Assembly (NCBI RefSeq): GCF_000025945.1
Contig: NC_006138.1
Location: forward strand, 30,001-62,000
DNA from: Desulfotalea psychrophila LSv54
GTDB taxonomy: Bacteria; Desulfobacterota; Desulfobulbia; Desulfobulbales; Desulfocapsaceae
DNA: 32,000 bases
Direction: 5' to 3'
The notes under the pieces were generated by a model that was not told where the DNA came from, did not search any database, and was given only the letters and a program-made list of their open reading frames with translations. Below, in pieces: positions 20,437 to 28,466 of this stretch. A program made the translations under genes and the position numbers. The stretch's first letter is position 1. Each line of letters opens with the position of its first letter.

Positions 20437-20494
20437 CCGATTTTTTTCCTTTACCTGCAGAAACACAAGAATATTATTAGATAGAACCTGCACT

Positions 20495-20523
20495 GTTATA
20501 GGGAAGATCGTTGGGGATTGCAA
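20495..20523 (-). promoter_or_regulatory. Candidate sigma70-type promoter for the polysaccharide operon
   Basis: Minus strand TTGCAA - 17 nt - TATAAC (TTGCAATCCCCAACGATCTTCCCTATAAC), about 60 nt upstream of the reassigned start at 20436, between the gene and the first repeat. Confidence 0.4.
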
Positions 20524-20634
20524 GAGGAAAAAAGCAAAAAAACAACTACAGTTAACCACAGAGGAAGAAGAGAACACGGAGAAGGACTTTTTTAATTAAA
20601 CTGCTTAAATAAAAACAACACCAACCAAAGGCAG

Positions 20635-20743
20635 AAAGAACAGCAGCAAGCGTAGCGACGTGGCGAGGACGGCTAACCACAGAGTAGGGGAGGACACTGA
20701 TCCCTTTTAGGTAAAGGACAGGGATTAAAAGTTAACCACTGCT
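20635..20743 (+). repeat. 109-bp direct repeat, copy 1 (partner 22197-22305)
   Basis: AAAGAACAGCAGCAAGCGTAGCGACGTGGCGAGGACGGCTAACCACAGAGTAGGGGAGGACACTGATCCCTTTTAGGTAAAGGACAGGGATTAAAAGTTAACCACTGCT appears identical in both copies by eye. Confidence 0.9.
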
Positions 20744-20883
20744 TAAGAGAACACAGAGAAGGACTTTTTTAATTAAACTGCTTAAATAAAAACAACACCA
20801 ACCAAAGGCAGAAAAAGACAACTACAGTTAACCACTGCTTATGAGTACACTGATCTTTTTTAGGTAAAGGACAGGGACTAAAA

Positions 20884-21058
20884 GTTAACCACTGCTCTGG
20901 AGTACACTGATCCCTTTTAGGTTTAAAAGACCCTTATAGTTAGGTTTTCCCATTGCATCGATTGCAAGGCCTAAACTCACAACCAATGTTCCCAAAAGAA
21001 CTAGCCTTTTAAGCTTTACGCTTTTTAAATAATTTCCTCTGCGATCTCTGTGGTTAAC
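20884..21058 (+). repeat. Compact GTTAAC-bounded element, copy 1 (about 175 bp)
   Basis: GTTAACCACTGCTCTGGAGTACACTGATCCC...TTATAGTTAGGTTTTCCCATTGCATCGATTGCAAGGCCTAAACTCACAACCAATG...TTTAAATAATTTCCTCTG...TGTGGTTAAC; similar copies at 22293-22466 and 24552-24732. Confidence 0.85.
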
Positions 21059-21226
21059 AGTTTTTTTCTGCTTTTCTCGCTTTTAGGTCGTGGTTTTTTA
21101 CCCAAAAATCCTCTGTGTGCTCCGTGATCTCTGTGGTTAACTTCTTTTTTCTGCTTTTTCTCGCTGTTCCTCTCGCCTTTCGCCACTTCGCTGCTATCTT
21201 TTAGGCAGTGGTTGATGCAGTTGTCT

Positions 21227-21598
21227 TTACAAAACAAGACGTCGAACGCCATCCACCAAGCGAAGCACATTAAAATTGATCAATAATCCAGTATCTACCC
21301 CAGCAAGCTTCATATAGGTCAACACCTGAGCAGTATGAAGTGGCAATAAGGTATCAACCACCTTTAGTTCAACAATGAGTTCATCTGCGACAAGAAGATC
21401 AATACGATATCCCGCATCAATTTCAATATCCTTATACCGGATGGGCAATACAACCTGAGTACGCACAAAAATATTAAGACACTGCAATTCGTACAACAAA
21501 CAGCGTTCATAACTAGATTCGAGTAAACCCGGACCAAGCTGACGATGAACTTCTATAGCACAACCAATCACTGCACCTGTCAACTCTTTAGAATCCAT
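21227..21598 (-). CDS. GxxExxY family protein (PD-(D/E)XK nuclease-like fold), intact copy
   Basis: MDSKELTGAVIGCAIEVHRQLGPGLLESSYERCLLYELQ...VVLPIRYKDIEIDAGYRIDLLVADELIVELKVVDTLLPLHTAQVLTYMKLAGVDTGLLINFNVLRLVDGVRRLVL; GLLESSY is the GxxExxY signature; D...E-L-K is PD-(D/E)XK-like. Track start 21679 corrected to ATG 21598. Confidence 0.9.
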   Translation of the reverse strand: MDSKELTGAVIGCAIEVHRQLGPGLLESSYERCLLYELQCLNIFVRTQVVLPIRYKDIEIDAGYRIDLLVADELIVELKVVDTLLPLHTAQVLTYMKLAGVDTGLLINFNVLRLVDGVRRLVL

Positions 21599-21681
21599 AA
21601 CATCCTCTATATTTTTGGTCCCAATAATTAAAAACAAAGAAAATTTAACCACAAAAAGAACAGCAAGGACAAAAAGCAAAA

Positions 21682-22087
21682 GTTAACCACTGCTCTGGAG
21701 AACACAGAGAAGGACTTTTAATTAAAAAGCAGAAAACCTTAAAAATTTTAAACTACTAAGAAAAGACCCAGCCCCTCCATCAGTAGTTCACAAAAAATAA
21801 GGACAAAAAGAAAAAGTTAACCACAGAGGAGGAGGAGAACACTGATCTCTCTTTAATTAAAAAACCTAAAGCTGGAAAAAGAAGAGAATTTACGCACCTC
21901 ACTCCAGTAACACAGGAGTGTTCATCTTTTAGCTTTTTAGCAGTCGCCATTCCACTACGCTCCACTGCTGCTGTTCAGTAGTTCAGCTTTTTAAATAATT
22001 TCCTCTGTGATCTCGGTTGCAGTGGTTAGTCGCTGTTGCTTTAGCTTTTCACCAAAAATCTCTGTGTTCTTGGTGTCAGTGGTTAAC
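21682..22087. repeat. GTTAAC-family repeat cluster right of the GxxExxY gene
   Basis: Forward cores at 21682 (GTTAACCACTGCTCTGGAGAACACAGAGAAGG) and 21816; reverse core CTCTGTGTTCTTGGTGTCAGTGGTTAAC ends at 22087. Confidence 0.88.
21703..22084 (+). repeat. 382-bp direct repeat, copy 1
   Basis: About 99% identical by eye (three differences seen) to 22642-23023, constant offset 939; both encode the identical spurious 61-aa ORF MERSGMATAKKL... Confidence 0.93.
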
Positions 22088-22196
22088 TTCTTTTTTCTGC
22101 TTTTTCTCGCTGTTCCTCTCGCTTTTAGGTCGTGGTTTTTTACAAAAAAAAATCTCTATATTTTTGGTTCCAGTGATTAAAAAAAGACAATAACAA

Positions 22197-22305
22197 AAAG
22201 AACAGCAGCAAGCGTAGCGACGTGGCGAGGACGGCTAACCACAGAGTAGGGGAGGACACTGATCCCTTTTAGGTAAAGGACAGGGATTAAAAGTTAACCA
22301 CTGCT
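22197..22305 (+). repeat. 109-bp direct repeat, copy 2
   Basis: See 20635-20743; constant offset 1562. Confidence 0.9.
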
Positions 22306-22466
22306 CTGGAGTACACTGATCCCTTTTAGGTAAAAAGACCCTTATAGTTAGGTTTTCCCATTGCATCGATTGCAAGGCCTAAACTCACAACCAATGTTCC
22401 CAAAAGAACTAGCCTTTTGAGCTTTACGCTTTTTAAATAATTTCCTCTGTGCTCTCTGTGGTTAAC
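22293..22466 (+). repeat. Compact GTTAAC-bounded element, copy 2
   Basis: Same internal block TTAGGTTTTCCCATTGCATCGATTGCAAGGCCTAAACTCACAACCAATGTTCCC and ends as 20884-21058. Confidence 0.85.
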
Positions 22467-22641
22467 AGTTTTTTTCAGCTTTTTCTCTCGCTTTTAGGTC
22501 GTGGTTTTTTACCCAAAAATCCTCTGTGTTCTCGGTTCCAGTGGTTAGTCGCTGTGGCTTTTTAAATAATTCCCTCTGTGTACTTGGTTGCAGTGATTAA
22601 GTTGAAAAACAAATACTGCTTACCACAGAGGAAGAAGAGAG

Positions 22642-23023
22642 CACAGAGAAGGACTTTTAATTAAAAAGCAGAAAACCTTAAAAATTTTAAACTACTAAGA
22701 AAAGACCCAGCCCCTCCATCAGTAGTTCACAAAAAATAAGGACAAAAAGAAAAAGTTAACCACAGAGGAGGAGGAGAACACTGATCTCTCTTTAATTAAA
22801 AAACCTAAAGCTGGAAAAAGAAGAGAATTTACGCACCTCACTCCAGTAACACAGGAGTGTTCATCTTTTAGCTTTTTAGCAGTCGCCATTCCACTACGCT
22901 CCACTGCTGCTGTTCAGTAGTTCAGCTTTTTAAATAATTTCCTCTGTGTGCTCGGTTCCAGTGGTTAGTCGCTGTTGCTTTAGCTTTTCACCAAAAATCT
23001 CTGTGTTCTTGGTGTCAGTGGTT
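22642..23023 (+). repeat. 382-bp direct repeat, copy 2
   Basis: See 21703-22084. Confidence 0.93.
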
Positions 23024-23183
23024 GGCGTCCTCACCACTCCGCCCTGCTCCGCTGCCGCCACTTCGCTACGCTTGCTGCTGCTTTTTAAATAATTTCCTCT
23101 GTGCTCTCTGTGCTCTCTGTGGTTGATGTGAGATTTTATTACATTGCTTCTTTACGGCGCTGAAGGGCGGTGCGGAGAAGGGC
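23016..23183 (+). repeat. Approx. 170-bp direct repeat spanning the first wzz-like 3' end and its downstream repeat, copy 1
   Basis: CAGTGGTTGGCGTCCTCACCACTCCGCCCTGCTCCGCTGCCGCCACTTCGCTACGCTTGCTGCTG...GTGGTTGATGTGAGATTTTATTACATTG...GGGCGGTGCGGAGAAGGGC; partner 24930-25106. Confidence 0.88.
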
Positions 23184-24206
23184 GAGGACAATGGCCAGGA
23201 AGCCGGCAAAGAGGAGTGTGGCGGCAAGAATGAGGGCCTTTTTTGGTTTTATCTTTTCCCCCTCACCCAGAGGATGGGACAGGTACTGGAATCCTTTGAG
23301 ACCGGCAAGATCAGGACTAAAATTCTGCAGCTGTTGCAGACTCGACTGTAGTTGCGTCAAGCCATAGGCCAACCCAGCAGTAGCGGGCATAGAGGCTACT
23401 CCCGCATCCTGCCCCTTGCCAGCAGTTGAGTCCTTCATCGGCCCTACCTGATTCTGCAACTGGATCAAGCTTATCTGGTTTTCCACACTATCCCTATAGC
23501 CCTTGAGAATAATTTGCTGTCCCCCACTTACCTCTGTCACAACACGCTCGTTAACAAATTGCAAAAAGCCTTCAAGCTCACGGGCCAATTTCTCATCACC
23601 ACCACCCCTTAGGCTAATGCCGAGCACGGTGGGATTGGTAATGGATTGATTTTTCTTACCCTGAGGAGCCAAGACCGTAACGGAGAGAGCCCCTTTGAAT
23701 CTGCCTAATTCAGCCTGCAGGCCCTGCTCTGCGGAAAAGGTCTTACCTGTTTTTTTCTGGTAGGCCAACCACATATCACGGGATTTCAGGAGCTGATAGA
23801 CACGGTTAAAACGGTGCTGGGCTAAGAGAGGGTTACTGCCAACAGAGGGCGTGCGCAGAACAAAGGGAAGCTCCATATTGCCATCTTCACCAATCATTTC
23901 AGAGGGAACATTCTCTAGATTTTCCAATGTATCAATCTGCTGATAGAGGGCTGGCAAGAGGGGAGAGGAGACTGCTGAAGGAATCTCTATCTCGGCCGTC
24001 ACCTCATAGGTGGATGGCAGAGCGAGAAGAAGCACAAGGGCGAGGGCACCTATGACAGATACGGCTCCACCAATAAACCAGCGCTGCTGCCAGACATCGA
24101 CAAGCAGGGAGAGGAGGTCGATCTCATCGTCTCGATAATTACTTACCGACAGGGGACACAGGTTAGGTGCTTGGATACTTGAACCTACAGGCCTAGCTTC
24201 ACTCAT
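23139..24206 (-). CDS. Wzz/chain-length-determinant-like polysaccharide co-polymerase (1)
   Basis: About 355 aa from MSEARPVGS (SD GGGAGG upstream); DDEIDLLSLLVDVWQQRWFIGG N-terminal Wzz motif and transmembrane segment, C-terminal transmembrane KKALILAATLLFAGFLAIVLALLRTALQRRKEAM. Confidence 0.85.
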   Translation of the reverse strand: MSEARPVGSSIQAPNLCPLSVSNYRDDEIDLLSLLVDVWQQRWFIGGAVSVIGALALVLLLALPSTYEVTAEIEIPSAVSSPLLPALYQQIDTLENLENVPSEMIGEDGNMELPFVLRTPSVGSNPLLAQHRFNRVYQLLKSRDMWLAYQKKTGKTFSAEQGLQAELGRFKGALSVTVLAPQGKKNQSITNPTVLGISLRGGGDEKLARELEGFLQFVNERVVTEVSGGQQIILKGYRDSVENQISLIQLQNQVGPMKDSTAGKGQDAGVASMPATAGLAYGLTQLQSSLQQLQNFSPDLAGLKGFQYLSHPLGEGEKIKPKKALILAATLLFAGFLAIVLALLRTALQRRKEAM

Positions 24207-24305
24207 TAAAATCCTCCCCAAGAAGTTCCGTACAGAAAAATAGCTTATCTCTTATGTGTATATCATTAACAGGGTGGAATACAAGAGAAAAAAAGACAAA
24301 GAACA

Positions 24306-25045
24306 GTTAACCACTGCTTAGGAGAACACTGATCTTTTTTAGGATAAAAGACAGGTACTAGATGCTAGCAGTGGAGCACCGCGGAATGGCGGATACTAGA
24401 AAAAGCTGACAAACAGCAGCGAGTAGCAGTGAGTGATAACGAGTGGCGTCAGCAGCGTAGCGGCGAACGAGTGGCGAGCGGAATGGCGAAAAAAGTTAAC
24501 CAGTGCTCAGGAGAACACTGATCTTTTTTAGGTAAAGGACAGGGACTAAAAGTTAACCACTGCTCTGGAGTACACTGATCCCTTTTAGGTAAAAAAAACC
24601 TTATAGTTAGGTTTTCCCATTGCATCGGTTGTAAGGCCTAAACTCACAACCAATGCTCCTAAACAAGTTAGGCTTTTGAGCTTTAGGCTTTTAAAATAAA
24701 TTTCCTCTGTGTCCTCGGTTCCAGTGGTTAACTGCTTTTCTCTTTTTTTTAATCTTTCAAGCAGTGGTAGTGGCAGTTTACAAAAAAAACCTCTGTGTTC
24801 TCATAAGCAGTGGTCAACTTCTTTTTTCTGCTTTTTCTCGCTGTTATTCTCGCTTTTAGGCAGTCGCCACTCCACTCTGCTTCGCTGCTGCTGTGGCAGT
24901 TTACCAAAAAACCTCTGTGAACTCGGTTCCAGTGGTTGGCGTCCTCACCACTCCGCCCTGCTCCGCTGCCGCCACTTCGCTACGCTTGCTGCTGCTTTTT
25001 AAATAATTTCCTCTGTGCTCTCTGTGCTCTCTGTGCTCTCTGTGG
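24306..25045. repeat. GTTAAC-family repeat cluster between wzz-like genes 1 and 2
   Basis: Forward cores at 24306, 24495 and 24552; reverse cores at about 24706-24732, 24793-24820, 24914-24940 and 25010-25045. Confidence 0.88.
24552..24732 (+). repeat. Compact GTTAAC-bounded element, diverged copy 3
   Basis: GTTAACCACTGCTCTGGAGTACACTGATCCC...TTATAGTTAGGTTTTCCCATTGCATCGGTTGTAAGGCCTAAACTCACAACCAATGCTCC...AGTGGTTAAC. Confidence 0.82.
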
Positions 25046-25106
25046 TTGATGTGAGATTTTATTACATTGATTCTCTTCGGCGCTGGAGGGCGGTGCGGAG
25101 AAGGGC
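24930..25106 (+). repeat. Approx. 170-bp direct repeat, copy 2 (3' end of wzz-like gene 2 plus downstream repeat)
   Basis: See 23016-23183; this copy carries one extra 'tgctctc' iteration. Confidence 0.88.
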
Positions 25107-26366
25107 CAGGGCAACAGCAAGAAAGCAGGAGAGTAAAACTGTGGTGGCAAGGATGAGAGCTTTTTTCGGCTTTATCTTATGCCCACTTCCCGTCGCGGCA
25201 GAATAAACCTGAAGAGCATGAACTCCCTGCAGATCATCGGTGTAAGCATCCAACTGTTGCAGGCGAGAGAGAAGTCCTGGTAGTTCAGCGATATAGGCAT
25301 CATCATCCTTACGAGCCCTGAGCCCGTTAAGCTCACTACTTCCCAGTAAGAGCTCTCTCTTTTCTAGAAGGGGTTGCAGTTGCTGTGCATAAAGTTTTTT
25401 ATCGGAGATCTCTCTTAAAATCTGTATACGCTTCGCCAACACCTCGGTACCCAACAAATATACAGGCATAGCGGTTTGATCAGTTACCATTACCTTGAGA
25501 TTAGAAACATTTCTTTCAGAAATATTATCCATGGAGGTGGGCAACTTTATGCCAAGAGACTCTGCTATAGCATAATTTTCCTGCAAGCGAGTCAAACGAA
25601 CAGCACGGGATCGTAGCACCGAGGCCTTGAGGGCTGAAATTTCCATATCAACCTGTTCAAGATCCTTTTTTTGCTGAGCCAATAGACGGGTAATTCGATT
25701 CCCGCGGTCAACTGAGGCAGCATGGCGCAACAGTCCAATCTTATTATTTATTTCTTTACCCGCTTTCTGAATAACCACCTCCATCTCTTGCTCCACATAG
25801 GCAGCAGCCTTTTTATCCACAAAGAGAACAAATCCCGTCAGTCGCTGTTCTACACTCGTATTATCTCCTCCTCCCCGATAAGAGATGCGCAGCACCGAGG
25901 GATCTGAGACAGCTTTTCCCTTGATAGGTTTTGGGGCCTGAACCTGCACAGAAAGACCAACAAACTCCCCCTGCAATCCCTGAAGTTCTTCATCGGTAAA
26001 CGCCCCCTCCCTATTCCCTTGACGAAAAGTGACCCAACTATCAAAGGATTTTAAGTACTGGGAGACGATGCCAAAACGGTATGATCTAGTCAGCAAGTCC
26101 TGACCTGTAGCCACAGGCACAACCAGGGCAACACTATCGGCTTGACCTATATCCATTCTGGCCTGATAGGTCGATGGAAGGACGAGTAGCACCAGAAAAG
26201 CCACCAAGGTTACGGCCAGAACAATCTTCATAAGAAATTTTCGCTGATCCCAGATATCATGCAACAAACCGAGAAGATCTATTTCATCATTTTGAAAATA
26301 AGGCGATTGTTCTTTATCTCTTCCTCGAAATTCTCTGGCCAATAGCGCTGTCTTATCTTCTTGCAT
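25062..26366 (-). CDS. Wzz/chain-length-determinant-like protein (2)
   Basis: MQEDKTALLAREF...NDEIDLLGLLHDIWDQRKFLMKIVLAVTLVAFLVLLVLPSTYQA; C-terminal KKALILATTVLLSCFLAVALALLRTALQRRRESM; SD AAGGAAGG before 26366. Confidence 0.85.
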   Translation of the reverse strand: MQEDKTALLAREFRGRDKEQSPYFQNDEIDLLGLLHDIWDQRKFLMKIVLAVTLVAFLVLLVLPSTYQARMDIGQADSVALVVPVATGQDLLTRSYRFGIVSQYLKSFDSWVTFRQGNREGAFTDEELQGLQGEFVGLSVQVQAPKPIKGKAVSDPSVLRISYRGGGDNTSVEQRLTGFVLFVDKKAAAYVEQEMEVVIQKAGKEINNKIGLLRHAASVDRGNRITRLLAQQKKDLEQVDMEISALKASVLRSRAVRLTRLQENYAIAESLGIKLPTSMDNISERNVSNLKVMVTDQTAMPVYLLGTEVLAKRIQILREISDKKLYAQQLQPLLEKRELLLGSSELNGLRARKDDDAYIAELPGLLSRLQQLDAYTDDLQGVHALQVYSAATGSGHKIKPKKALILATTVLLSCFLAVALALLRTALQRRRESM

Positions 26367-26426
26367 AAAATACCTTCCTTGCATGGTAATAACTCATAAG
26401 AACTACAAAATAAAAAGACAACTACA

Positions 26427-26811
26427 GTTAACCACTGCCTTGAGGACACGGAGAAAGACTTTTTAGGTAAACTGCTTAAAAACAGAAATAAAACCTTGAA
26501 CTTTAAAATCTTTTTATCTTTAAGTTTCTTACTCCGCTTTCCTGCTGCTTTTTAAATAATTTCCTCTGTGTTCTTCAGCCAGTGGTTAATCCATTCGATT
26601 TTCTCGCTATTTCTCTCGCCTTTCGCCACTTCGCTACTACCTTTTAGGTAGTGGCTTTTTACCAAAAAATCTCTGTGTGCTTGGTTGCAGTGGTTAGCCC
26701 TTTCCTGCTGTTATATTTTCTCGCTGTTGTCGTTGCTGTTGTAGTTACTTTTCGCTTTTCGCTTTTTAAATAATTTCCTCTGTGTACCTGGTGTCAGTGG
26801 TTAACCTTTTT
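26427..26811. repeat. GTTAAC-family repeat cluster between wzz-like genes 2 and 3
   Basis: Forward core CTACAGTTAACCACTGCCTTGAGGACACGGAG at about 26427; reverse cores at about 26561-26593, 26668-26695 and 26780-26811. Confidence 0.85.
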
Positions 26812-26844
26812 GGGGCAGGCACTGCGGAAAGAGAAGAGCAGGAG

Positions 26845-26874
26845 GCCCCTTCCCCTGTTGAGAGGGGAAGGGGC
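26845..26874 (-). terminator. GC-rich hairpin downstream of wzz-like gene 3
   Basis: Perfect 12-bp stem: GCCCCTTCCCCT - GTTGAG - AGGGGAAGGGGC. Sits just past the stop codon at 26886 on the minus strand. No clear U-tract, so it could be an mRNA-end stabiliser rather than a terminator. Confidence 0.45.
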
Positions 26875-26885
26875 TGAGGCAAGGC

Positions 26886-28430
26886 CTATTTAAAGCTTTG
26901 CCCTCTTCTTCTCAGGGCAGAAAAGAGAAGGGCGGCGATAAAAATCATACCTAGTGCCAACATGCCAAAGGCTACCTCCAGTAGAATTATTTTTTTCGCT
27001 TCGTAAACCCCGGCCTGCCTCTTCTGGACTGGCCCGACAATGGTATACATCGTCTGGGATGGCTTGAGGTAGAGTTGACAAACTTCTTTATAGATAGTGC
27101 TTACTCCCTCAACTACTGCGACAAGATTCTCCTGTATTTGTAAAATATCTCCATTAACAATGGCAAATTTTTCATCTGCACTCAGGCGCTTGGCCAGGTC
27201 ATTCTCCGGAGTATTCTTCATATTCTGATAAAAACTGATATCAGACTCTACCCCGGCAAGATCAGTTCCCTCGGCAATAATACGCTTCATCAAGCCCTGA
27301 CGAAACTGTGCTTCGGCACTTTCGTTGGTCAACTTCACCAGGCGATCCAAAAAGGCATCGCCAATTTGCGGGATCATACTCCCCCCACTAGCAGACAGAC
27401 TTGAATTGCCACCAGCTCCAGAGCGAGAACTTCTGGTTGCCCTATTTTGGATATAGGCCTCCATGGCGTCCTCAACAACCCTTATACGTTTTTCAATTTC
27501 AACTCTTTTCCGATTAAGGGCATCCAACCGATAATCAATATAGAGGAGGGCCTGGTTTTTTTCCTTGAAGACCCCAAGTCCCCAAATTTTTGCAAAGAGA
27601 TTTTTAAAGGCAAACAGCTGAATATCTTTTATCTCACTCTGCAAATCGGCAATCGTTCCACGGTCGCCACGCAACAAATCAGCCCCCGGGAGTGCCTCTA
27701 CCCCCTTGGCGAATCCTTCAACCCTCTGCAGCACCAAGCGGTAGCGATCGGCGATGATCATAAACTCACTCTCCGACATATCCCGTAAAATCGCACTAGA
27801 AGAGATTATTGGAATAGAGTATTGAAAAATCCCCTTACTCTCCTTCGAATAATTGGCCCACCCCTCCAATAATTGGGTCAGAACAATCTCTGCAATATCA
27901 TAGGGAATGGCATCGCCAGCCATCCTCAGGAAATAGGGCGCCGAGGCCATTAAAGACCGCTTATCGGCAAGATACTCCTTATGCAAAACACCCCACTGCT
28001 CCGAGGACATTTTTTTAGAGGCTGTTGCTGCTAAAAATCGTTGTTCTAAAATGAGCATGCCCCTACTATCCTTAAGTACAGTAAGAGAGGCCTGAAAATC
28101 TTTAAAGCTGAGATATTCAGCAAGTTGTTTTTCTTCATAAACGGCCCGAAGAATAGGCGTTTCCAGCAGGTCTCTCACCTTAAAGCTCATGCCATTGGGA
28201 TACTCCCCGCTAGCCGCCCCGGCAAAACTAAAATGAACAGGCAGATCAACCACGCGCATCTCTTTTTTACTGAGCAAAAAGGCTGCCGAGGAGGCCATGA
28301 GGAAAAAGAGACAGGCAATAGCAATGGTGATCCATCTGCGACAGGACCATAAGTCCCTAAATATGGTAGTTAAATCTATACAATCATCATCTGCATGCCG
28401 CACAACATCAAGGGCTTTGGACTGGTCCAT
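26886..28430 (-). CDS. Large Wzz-like chain-length/co-polymerase family protein (3)
   Basis: From MDQSKALDVV; DDCIDLTTIFRDLWSCRRWITIAIACLFFLMASSAAFLL N-terminal and IILLEVAFGMLALGMIFIAALLFSALRRRGQSFK C-terminal transmembrane segments. Track start 28550 corrected: the extra 40 aa (FSSSSVVN) are repeat-derived. Confidence 0.75.
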   Translation of the reverse strand: MDQSKALDVVRHADDDCIDLTTIFRDLWSCRRWITIAIACLFFLMASSAAFLLSKKEMRVVDLPVHFSFAGAASGEYPNGMSFKVRDLLETPILRAVYEEKQLAEYLSFKDFQASLTVLKDSRGMLILEQRFLAATASKKMSSEQWGVLHKEYLADKRSLMASAPYFLRMAGDAIPYDIAEIVLTQLLEGWANYSKESKGIFQYSIPIISSSAILRDMSESEFMIIADRYRLVLQRVEGFAKGVEALPGADLLRGDRGTIADLQSEIKDIQLFAFKNLFAKIWGLGVFKEKNQALLYIDYRLDALNRKRVEIEKRIRVVEDAMEAYIQNRATRSSRSGAGGNSSLSASGGSMIPQIGDAFLDRLVKLTNESAEAQFRQGLMKRIIAEGTDLAGVESDISFYQNMKNTPENDLAKRLSADEKFAIVNGDILQIQENLVAVVEGVSTIYKEVCQLYLKPSQTMYTIVGPVQKRQAGVYEAKKIILLEVAFGMLALGMIFIAALLFSALRRRGQSFK

Positions 28431-28466
28431 AACAAAACTCCATATTAAAAAACAAAAAAAACTACG

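Larger units (their letters stand above)
20551..21145. repeat. Cluster of GTTAACCAC...ACACAGAG family repeats (composite)
   Basis: GTTAACCAC-type cores at 20551, about 20673 (CTAACCAC), 20731, 20827 and 20884 (+), and reverse-complement cores ending at 21058 and 21141. Confidence 0.9.

Noticed and set aside
20551-21145. CRISPR array
   Set aside because: Repeats recur, but spacing is irregular (tens to hundreds of bp), orientation is mixed, intervening sequences are themselves repeated, and no cas genes are present.
21780-22904. Identical 61-aa ORFs at 21780..21965 and 22719..22904
   Set aside because: Both translate the 382-bp direct repeat, including the GTTAAC-family core (FSSSSVVN). Identity reflects DNA duplication, not a conserved protein.
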